A DNA stretch of 15,689 bases, taken from the NCBI GenBank assembly GCA_031409655.1, contig JANNXQ010000167.1, positions 1 to 15,689 of the forward strand. The letters are read 5' to 3'. This DNA comes from Chthoniobacteraceae bacterium (GTDB lineage Bacteria; Verrucomicrobiota; Verrucomicrobiia; Chthoniobacterales; Chthoniobacteraceae). The position numbers and the translations under genes are program-made. The number at the start of each line of letters is the position of its first letter. Within the stretch, counting starts at the first letter, position 1. This document shows, in pieces, positions 1 through 6,274 of this stretch. The notes under the pieces were generated by a model. The model did no database searches. It had not been told where the DNA came from and saw only the letters and a list, made by a program, of their open reading frames with translations.

Positions 1-2
1 CC

Positions 3-1454
3 ATCGGTACCGACGCGGGCGGACTTCACGGCGAGTGTCTGGCGCGCCTGGCGCAGTTGGTTTTGCACGACGGCGTAGCCGGGACGCATCGCCTCCAGGT
101 GATCCGCCGCCGACGCGTAGCGCCCAAACTCGATCTTCGTCCGCGCCGCGAGACCCTTCGCCATCGACGCCTCCACCGGACGGTCGAACGAAACGACCGT
201 TTCCGTAGCGCTCACCGGCCACGCGAGCAGCGGCTGCGGCGCGGCGGTGTCACGGTAGCTGATCTTGAACACGCGACCCGCGCCGTTCGGACCGTTGCCC
301 CAATCGGGCCGGCCCGTGTGGCAGCAGATGACGAGATCGCCCTGCGGCGAGATCGCGCAATCCACCACGAGCAGGTTCATCGTCGCGAAGAGTTCGCTGC
401 GCGCCACGTAACCAGCGGCGGTCTTCGCGAGCGCTGTGCGCCAAAGCTTGCCGCGCGATTCGCCGGTGACGATCGCGTCGTCCTCCCAGAACGCCGGCCC
501 GAAACGTCCGCGTCCGGTCGTGGGCGTGTTGAAGCGGAAACCGCATGTGCTCTGATGCTGCGGGCCGTAATCAAACACGCTCGGTTCATCCACCACGTTG
601 GGCAGCCATTTCGGATGACGCGGCGGGAAGCCGTAGTGGCGGCCCGCTTGGATGTGCAGCAACTCGTCGAACGGATTTCCATTAGGCGACCACGTTGCTC
701 CCTCTTGATCGGTTCCGAACAGATCACCGTGCCGGTTCCATTGCAGCGACATGATGTAGCGCAGACCGGAGGCGAGCTGCTCAACCTTGCCATCGGGCGT
801 GAGCCGCAGCAGACAGCCGTGCCGGCGCGCAGTCGTGTAATGCGCCACGCCTTGCTTGTCGTGGACGTAGCCATTGTCGTGCGCGGCGTTGCCCATCGTC
901 ACATACCAAGCGCGGTCGGGACCGTAGGCCAGCGCGAGCGACGTATCCACGCGGCGATGATGCAGCAGCGGATCGGCCTCGATGGCGGGATCCACGAAAC
1001 CCTTCACCACCGTCTCGCGCTTGTCGGGCACACCGTCGCCGTTGGTGTCACGAAAGCGAACGATCTCGCCGCCGAGCAACGCGTGCGGATCGCCATCCTT
1101 CACCACCATGCCGAGCACATAGTTCGCGCTCGTCTCCGACCAGAACGTGTCCACCTTGTCCTCCAAACCATCGCCATCCGTATCGCGCAGCAAATGGAAC
1201 CGCCCGTCGTAGCCGCCGGCGAACAATCGTCCATCGGGCGCATACTCGACGTTGTTGAGGCTCGTGAGTTTCACCGGCAGCTCGCGCACGGTGAAGCCGG
1301 GCCGGAGCATCTGCGGGGCTGCGGCCTTGGAGGGTGGAAACGGCGGCTCCGGTTGTTTGTCCGGCACGGGTGGAATGGACGGCTCGACGGCGAGGGCGCA
1401 CGCATGGAAGCAAAGGAACGCGGCGAGGATGAGGAAGCGGGGGGGGATTTTCAC
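3..1454 (-). CDS. Secreted beta-propeller protein (glucose/sorbosone-dehydrogenase-like; resembles the N-terminal part of PVC-type heme-binding CxxCH proteins); partial, runs off the left edge
   Basis: Not in the ORF track; translated by hand from GTG at 1454: MKIPPRFLILAAFLCFHACALAVEPSIPPVPDKQPEPPFPP...PGFTVRELPVKLTSLNNVEYAPDGRLFAGGYDGRFHLLRDTDGDGLEDKV...FRDTNGDGVPDKRE...GLRYIMSLQWNRHGDLFGTDQEGATWSPNGNPFDELLHIQAGRHYGFP. Signal-peptide-like N-terminus, Pro-rich linker, two DxDGDG/DxNGDG motifs. No stop found to the window edge. No CxxCH is visible within the window. Confidence 0.8.
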   Translation of the reverse strand, partial: MKIPPRFLILAAFLCFHACALAVEPSIPPVPDKQPEPPFPPSKAAAPQMLRPGFTVRELPVKLTSLNNVEYAPDGRLFAGGYDGRFHLLRDTDGDGLEDKVDTFWSETSANYVLGMVVKDGDPHALLGGEIVRFRDTNGDGVPDKRETVVKGFVDPAIEADPLLHHRRVDTSLALAYGPDRAWYVTMGNAAHDNGYVHDKQGVAHYTTARRHGCLLRLTPDGKVEQLASGLRYIMSLQWNRHGDLFGTDQEGATWSPNGNPFDELLHIQAGRHYGFPPRHPKWLPNVVDEPSVFDYGPQHQSTCGFRFNTPTTGRGRFGPAFWEDDAIVTGESRGKLWRTALAKTAAGYVARSELFATMNLLVVDCAISPQGDLVICCHTGRPDWGNGPNGAGRVFKISYRDTAAPQPLLAWPVSATETVVSFDRPVEASMAKGLAARTKIEFGRYASAADHLEAMRPGYAVVQNQLRQARQTLAVKSARVGTD

Positions 1455-1483
1455 GGGGTGAGGGTTGGGGAAATTCTTTGGAG

Positions 1484-2743
1484 TCAGGCCAGGTTGCCAT
1501 CGGCATCGAAGGACATGTCGGACGGGTCGCTGAGCGCGCTGAGTTCGGGGCGGGTGCGCACTTCCATCCAGAGCGGCTCGGAGATTTCCATTTCCGAAAG
1601 CGAGAGGGTGTCGGCGATGCGGACGATTCTCGCGGCGCGCGGATCGGGCAGCGGGAGCGAGGCGAGCATGCGCTCGAGGGCTTCGCGGTCGGTGTCGAAG
1701 GCGATGGGGATTTTTGCGCCCTGCGGGGTGAGGGCGGTCAGGCAGTTGATGCTCGTGACGCGCGGGTCCATCTCGCGGACGAGCCGCGTGGTGGTGGCGT
1801 CGGCCAGGCCGATGCCGATGGCATTCCCGTGCGTCTCCGGGGTGAGGCCGCGGATGAAGATGCGGCGGATGAAAGGCGCAGGCCGATCGCCGCGCATGGG
1901 CAGGCTGTCGTAGCCGTGGATGCTGCGGTTGATGACGTTCGGATCGAGGCCGGCACCGCTGATGTTTTTGCCGATGCGATCGACGATGAGCAGGTCGATC
2001 TCGTCAAAGGGCAGGAGCGGCATGAGCGCGCGGGCTTCGACGAGCAGGGCGTCCTCGGCGGTCTCCATTTCCTCGCGCGGGATGGCGACGAGCCGGGCGG
2101 TGTCGTGGAATTGATTTTCGAGGATGGCGAGGCCGCCGAGCACGGGCGCATTTTGCAGGAGCACGGCGGCCATGCCGCGGATCACGCGCTCGTAGCCGAG
2201 TTGCGTCGCGGCGAGGTGCATCGCGGTCGCGCCCGCGCGCTTACCGAGGCCGATGACGCACATCTTCAAAAGGCCGCTGCCGAGCGTGCCGGCGAAATCG
2301 GTGTGCGGCTTGATGCGATTGACGAGCACGATGCCATCGGCGGCGAGCGCTTCAGTGCTGCAAAAGACGGGCACGCCATCCGCCGAACGTCCAACTTCCC
2401 GGACCTCGAGCGAGTCGCGGATGGGCACGCCCATCGCCTCCTCGGTGATGCCGTAGCTGGCGAGCACTGCGCGCTGGCCTTCGGGTGTCGCGCCGCCGTG
2501 GCTGCCCATCGCGGGGATGAGGAACGGCTGCGCGCCCGCCGCGCGGAGTTGCGCGAGCACCGCGCCGACGATCTCGGGGAGATGGCTGATCCCACGACTG
2601 CCCACTCCGACCGCGATGCGCGCGCCGGAAGGCACGCGCGCGCGCAATTTTCTAAACGCAGTGTCAAGCGTGGCGCGGATGTCGAGCGGCGGCGTCTCGG
2701 GGAAGTGCTGCCGGATGCGGAGGATGCGCGGGAGGGAACTCAT
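1484..2743 (-). CDS. Lactate racemase (LarA)/DUF2088-DUF362-like domain protein
   Basis: 419-aa ORF with motifs IAVGVGSRGI, PAMGSHGGATPEGQ, NRIKPHTDF, SGLLKMCVIGLGK, GKNISGAGLDPNVI and GNAIGIGLAD, typical of the LarA-N-like family. Substrate unknown. Confidence 0.8.
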   Translation of the reverse strand: MSSLPRILRIRQHFPETPPLDIRATLDTAFRKLRARVPSGARIAVGVGSRGISHLPEIVGAVLAQLRAAGAQPFLIPAMGSHGGATPEGQRAVLASYGITEEAMGVPIRDSLEVREVGRSADGVPVFCSTEALAADGIVLVNRIKPHTDFAGTLGSGLLKMCVIGLGKRAGATAMHLAATQLGYERVIRGMAAVLLQNAPVLGGLAILENQFHDTARLVAIPREEMETAEDALLVEARALMPLLPFDEIDLLIVDRIGKNISGAGLDPNVINRSIHGYDSLPMRGDRPAPFIRRIFIRGLTPETHGNAIGIGLADATTTRLVREMDPRVTSINCLTALTPQGAKIPIAFDTDREALERMLASLPLPDPRAARIVRIADTLSLSEMEISEPLWMEVRTRPELSALSDPSDMSFDADGNLA

Positions 2744-2773
2744 GGCGCGAGCATGACGGATCGAAGGCCGGAA

Positions 2774-4693
2774 TCACTCCCTCATTCCATCCCCCGCCCC
2801 GAGCGCCACGACTTTGCGCAGCGCGCCGACGGTGAAGACGAGGGGATACATCCGCTCGTAGTACCAGAGCTTCGCAAAGTAGAAGCCGATCGGCGCCGGA
2901 TCGCGCCACGCGCCGGACTCGACGCGCGCCACGAGCCACGCCACGCCGCGCTCGACGGCGCGCAACTGCGCAGTGCCCGCGAGCGCTTCGAGCACGAGCG
3001 CCGTCTCCTCGACGGACGATGGGCCGCCCGCTCCGCCGCTCCAGCCGCCGTCGGCATTCTGCATCGCCGCGAGCCGCTCTTCCGCGCGGCTGCGCATCGC
3101 TTCCGCGACGGCGTAACCGCGCCCGATGAGTTCGCGCAGCGCGGTGAGCACGAGCGCGGTGCCGTAGGTGAAATTTTCGTCGTCGGGCGAATGCTCGTTT
3201 CCGAACCAGAGCGGGAGCCAGGTGCCATCCGCGCGCTGACATTTCTCCAGGAAGGCAAGGCCGCGAGTGAGGGCGCGCCCCACGCGCGGCTGCAAATCTT
3301 TCGGGAGATGAACGTGCCACGCGCTCCACGCCCGGAGCGTGTGCGCGGTGAGATCGGGGCTGCTGCGATCGAAAGGGAGCGCGCCCCAACCGCGGCAGAA
3401 AGTCGGGATGCCACCGTCGCGATTTTGCAGGCCGAGCAGCCACTGCACTCCGGCGATCCCGGCGGCGAGGGTCTCGGGATTCACCGCGCCGAGATCGAGC
3501 AACGCGAGCAATGCGCCCGGCGTGTCATCGGCATCAGGGACACCGCCGGGGAGATCCGTCCACGCCCAGCCGCCCGGCGCGGCGTGAGTGTACGGATGCT
3601 CCTCGCGATACTGCTGGCCGAGCAGCCACTCGCGGAGCGTGAGCCGCTGCTCCGGCGTGAGGGCATGGCGCGGGAGGGCCTTGATCGCGAGCGTCGTCAC
3701 CCAGGTCGCGAGATTGGTGTCGATGGCCCAGCTCCCATCCGGCTGCACCGAGGCGCGCAAAAACTCCGCGCCCTTTCGCGCCACGGGATGCTCCGCGAGG
3801 CCCATCGAAGCGAGGCCCATGGTGACGAAGCTCGTGAGCGGGGTGGCTTCGAGGAAGCCGCCATTCGGGGGCTGGATGGATTCGAGCACGCGCAAGGTCC
3901 GCGCTTTGGTCATGACGCGAACCACTCGCGCGATCGGATTCCGCGATGGCCGGTGATGGTGAATCGTCTGTCCGATCGCGATGAGCGCCGGCAGCGCGTA
4001 GCTGACCACCGGCAATTGCAGGGCGCCGAAAAGCTGGTGCGGCAATGCGGCCAACTCGAAAGGCAGCGGCATCACGTGCTCCCAGCCGGTGCGTCCACTC
4101 AGCGCCAGCGTCATGAGGATGGGGACGGAAAAGGTGCGGTCCTGCCCGTAACGCGCGGCGATCGCGGCGGGGAGGTTCCGGGGAGCGCGCCCGTCCCGGG
4201 CGCTGGTCGCGGCGTCCCGCCGCGACGGACTTTCCGGAACGCTCATCGTCCGAATCGCGTCCCCTGAACTCGTACGCGCATCGAAAGTCCGTGCCGGCGG
4301 GACGCCGGCACCAGCGCCCGGGACGGGCGCGCTCCCCGCACTCGCCACCGCGAGCCAGCTCTCCGCACGCGCAACCACCACGCGATATTCCGCATCCGCA
4401 TGTGCCGCACCGAAGGCCGCCCAGCATAGCGCGGTGGTGCTGATGTTTGATCGGCTCTTCACCGTGTCGCCCCAGCCACCATCGGCATTCGCATTCTCCG
4501 CGAGCCAGCGCAGTCCGCCGGCGATCAAGTGCTGATCCCCTTGTCGCGCCACCTGGGCCAGCGCCACCACCGCGGTCGCCGTCGAGAGCGCACTGGCCGA
4601 GAGCTGGCCGCTCCAGTGCCCGTGCGGATTCAGCTCCGCGAACAGCACCTCCGTGGCGACGCCCAGCGCGCGCTCGATCCGCGCACCGCTCAC
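2774..4693 (-). CDS. shc: Squalene-hopene cyclase-like class II terpene cyclase (639 aa) with an in-frame palindromic insert
   Basis: C-terminal part of ORF 2774..5899. Start placed at GTG 4693, overlapping the upstream TGA (GTGA). Catalytic DXDD motif in GGWAWTDLPGGVPDADDTPG; QW-type repeats (NANADGGWG, QNRDGG, QRADGTW, QNADGGW); PIGFYFAKLWYYE near the C-terminus. The actual cyclization product cannot be read from sequence. Confidence 0.85.
   Translation of the reverse strand: MSGARIERALGVATEVLFAELNPHGHWSGQLSASALSTATAVVALAQVARQGDQHLIAGGLRWLAENANADGGWGDTVKSRSNISTTALCWAAFGAAHADAEYRVVVARAESWLAVASAGSAPVPGAGAGVPPARTFDARTSSGDAIRTMSVPESPSRRDAATSARDGRAPRNLPAAIAARYGQDRTFSVPILMTLALSGRTGWEHVMPLPFELAALPHQLFGALQLPVVSYALPALIAIGQTIHHHRPSRNPIARVVRVMTKARTLRVLESIQPPNGGFLEATPLTSFVTMGLASMGLAEHPVARKGAEFLRASVQPDGSWAIDTNLATWVTTLAIKALPRHALTPEQRLTLREWLLGQQYREEHPYTHAAPGGWAWTDLPGGVPDADDTPGALLALLDLGAVNPETLAAGIAGVQWLLGLQNRDGGIPTFCRGWGALPFDRSSPDLTAHTLRAWSAWHVHLPKDLQPRVGRALTRGLAFLEKCQRADGTWLPLWFGNEHSPDDENFTYGTALVLTALRELIGRGYAVAEAMRSRAEERLAAMQNADGGWSGGAGGPSSVEETALVLEALAGTAQLRAVERGVAWLVARVESGAWRDPAPIGFYFAKLWYYERMYPLVFTVGALRKVVALGAGDGMRE
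4179..4338. repeat. REP doublet/REPIN-like palindromic element inside the cyclase CDS
   Basis: Arms 4179-4234 and 4283-4338 are 56-bp inverted repeats (52/56 matches) around a 48-bp spacer. Each arm starts GGGAG and has two small hairpins with TCC loops. Confidence 0.9.
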
Positions 4694-5103
4694 GCCAGCT
4701 TGTCCTGCTCGCGCGTGCGCTTCGGCAGGATCGCGCAAGCCTCTTTGCACCCAAAGATGCGGCTGAAATAAAGCCGATGCCGGCTCACGAACGCATAGAC
4801 GACCTCCGCAATCTGAATGACCCCCGGAATCCACAGGAAAAGCGCCACCGGCACGAGCAGCGGGAGCCGCATCCCGACAAAGCGAATCGCCCGCGCTCCG
4901 CGATGCACCTTCCGCTCCGGCGTCACGCAATGGATCGCCTCGAGCAAATCCTCCCGCGTGAGCTGCGGCGCGATCTCTTTTGCATGGGGATCGGAGAGGG
5001 GCACGAGCGCGAGTGCGTGCAGCCAATCCAGCCAGCTCAGCACCTTCATCTGAAAAGTGCAGAGCGGACATTCGTCGTCGTAGAGGACGGTGTGTTTCGT
5101 CAC
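4690..5103 (-). CDS. DCC1-like thiol-disulfide oxidoreductase (DUF393)
   Basis: 137 aa; N-terminal VLYDDECPLCT (DxxCxxC) and C-terminal Y.FVSRHR motifs typical of the family. Confidence 0.88.
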   Translation of the reverse strand: MTKHTVLYDDECPLCTFQMKVLSWLDWLHALALVPLSDPHAKEIAPQLTREDLLEAIHCVTPERKVHRGARAIRFVGMRLPLLVPVALFLWIPGVIQIAEVVYAFVSRHRLYFSRIFGCKEACAILPKRTREQDKLA

Positions 5104-5112
5104 AGGCGGAAG

Positions 5113-6015
5113 CTAGATGCTGAGATGTCCGAGCGCCAGCAGGCCGTAGAAGGTGTACTCGGCGTCGAGGTGATCGTCCGCCCAGTGGCCGTGGAAGCCG
5201 CCTTCGGCGCTCCAGAGCGTGTCGATGAAATCCAGGCAGCGCTCGCGGATGGGCGCGGGGACTTCGCGTTCGAGGCAGGCGAGGGCGTGCAGGGTGGTGG
5301 CGGTGGAGAGGAGGTCGGGCAGCGGGGCGCTGGGCATCGCGCGGAAGCCGCCGTCGGGGTGCGACTGCGCGAGGAGCCAGTCGCCGACGATGGCATTCAC
5401 AGGGACGCCGAGTTGGTGGAGCAGGGTGACGGCGGCGGCGGTGGCATTGGTCGAGCCGATCCGGAGGGCGCGGGCGTTGGCCCAGGCACCGTCGGGGGTT
5501 TCGAGAAACTTCAGGCATTGCACCATGCGCAGCGGCTCGGGCATGGCGCGCTGCAAATCCTGATAGGCACCGAGGGCGACGAAGCAGCCGTAGGCATTCC
5601 CGTGCTCTGCGCCGAGGTCGGCATCGTAGCCGCCGTCGCGAGAGCGGTGCGCTTCGATCCGCGCCAGGAGTGCGTCGGCAAGACCGGCGGGCATTTTCTC
5701 GAGGCCCACCGCGGCCCAGCACCGCGCCAGCGCGCCGAGATGCACGAAGTCGAGACCCGCGCCGTCGCCGAAGCCGCGCAGCCACCGGTGGGAAGTTGAG
5801 AGTTGAGCGTTGAGAGTTGAGAGATCGGCGGACAGCGCCTGCAGACCCGCGAGGGCGAAGATGGTGTAGTACAGGTCGGCCTTGCCTTCGCGGTCGCACC
5901 CTGCACCGGCGGTCGTGAATTGCTGCGCGAAAAACTCCCGGACCAGACCGGCCGATTCCCCGAGCTGCGTTGGCGCGACGCGCGCCACCTGGAGCATCTG
6001 GAGACGCAGGCTCAC
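5113..6015 (-). CDS. Prenyltransferase/squalene oxidase repeat protein (single alpha/alpha barrel, GGTase-beta-like), 300 aa
   Basis: C-terminal part of ORF 5113..6501. Likely start GTG 6015 (MSLRLQMLQVARVAP). Repeats DLYYTIFAL, SRDGGY, TPDGAW, HPDGGF, SAEGGF and DAEYTFYGLLAL. The upstream extension to 6501 crosses the REP element and the divergent gene, so it is not credible. Confidence 0.82.
   Translation of the reverse strand: MSLRLQMLQVARVAPTQLGESAGLVREFFAQQFTTAGAGCDREGKADLYYTIFALAGLQALSADLSTLNAQLSTSHRWLRGFGDGAGLDFVHLGALARCWAAVGLEKMPAGLADALLARIEAHRSRDGGYDADLGAEHGNAYGCFVALGAYQDLQRAMPEPLRMVQCLKFLETPDGAWANARALRIGSTNATAAAVTLLHQLGVPVNAIVGDWLLAQSHPDGGFRAMPSAPLPDLLSTATTLHALACLEREVPAPIRERCLDFIDTLWSAEGGFHGHWADDHLDAEYTFYGLLALGHLSI
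5794..5823. repeat. Heptamer tandem repeat (AGTTGAG)x4.3, i.e. (CTCTCAA)n on the coding strand, in frame in CDS 5113..6015
   Basis: AGTTGAG AGTTGAG CGTTGAG AGTTGAG AG = 30 bp. Encodes LSTLNAQLST (residues 65-74) with A/T-ending codons (TCA, ACT, CAA) atypical for this gene. Confidence 0.9.
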
Positions 6016-6069
6016 GCGTGAGCGGGCGGGTTTGGGAGGTCTTTCATCTCGGAAAAAAATTGCGGCGCG

Positions 6070-6098
6070 ACCGTAGGGCTCGCGCGGGCGAGCGGCAA
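6070..6098 (-). promoter_or_regulatory. Putative sigma70-type promoter for the terpene cyclase block
   Basis: Minus strand reads TTGCCG (6098-6093), 17 bp, TACGGT (6075-6070), about 55 bp upstream of GTG 6015. The spacer holds the palindrome GCTCGC-N4-GCGAGC (6078-6093). Motif match only. Confidence 0.45.
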
Positions 6099-6102
6099 GT
6101 CG

Positions 6103-6227
6103 CTGGGAGCGCCGCCGTCCCGTGCGGCATCCTGACTCACGCGCAGCGCCACTTCCCGATGTGGATCGAGCGGAATGGCGCGGCGCGCGGCGGGGCACGA
6201 TGCCGCACGGGACGGCGGCGCTCCCAG
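6103..6227. repeat. Intergenic REP doublet/REPIN-like element
   Basis: Perfect 29-bp inverted repeat CTGGGAGCGCCGCCGTCCCGTGCGGCATC (6103-6131 / 6199-6227) with a 67-bp spacer. GGAG tag followed by a bulged hairpin with a TCC loop, the same architecture as the 4179-4338 element. Confidence 0.9.
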
Positions 6228-6274
6228 GGCTCCCACTAGCGACGAGCCCGAGGATGCTGTTGAATAGCCGCCAC

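Noticed and set aside
5104..5115. The prenyltransferase-like and DCC1 genes are in the same frame, separated by TAG plus 9 nt (possible readthrough or pyrrolysine)
   Set aside because: One-in-three chance; both proteins look complete, and no recoding signal or pyl gene is visible.
57..5799. Long plus-strand ORFs 57..1913, 1478..4267 and 4447..5799 (similarly 8489..10306, 10180..11277, 13842..14963 and 14924..15628 elsewhere)
   Set aside because: Antisense shadows of well-supported genes in high-GC DNA, with no recognisable motifs.
2774..5899. 1041-aa ORF suggesting an N-terminally extended cyclase. Adding one heptamer at 5794-5823 would shift the prenyltransferase gene into this frame and fuse it to the cyclase.
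   Set aside because: The extra 402 codons are the -1 frame of two real genes, Arg/Pro/Ala-rich and stop-poor simply because third positions are G/C. There is no evidence of a functional fusion.
4179..6227. Inverted repeats as rho-independent terminators, IS ends or CRISPR repeats
   Set aside because: No U-tracts, one copy is intragenic and one lies between divergent genes, there is no transposase or target duplication, and there is no direct repeat-spacer array.
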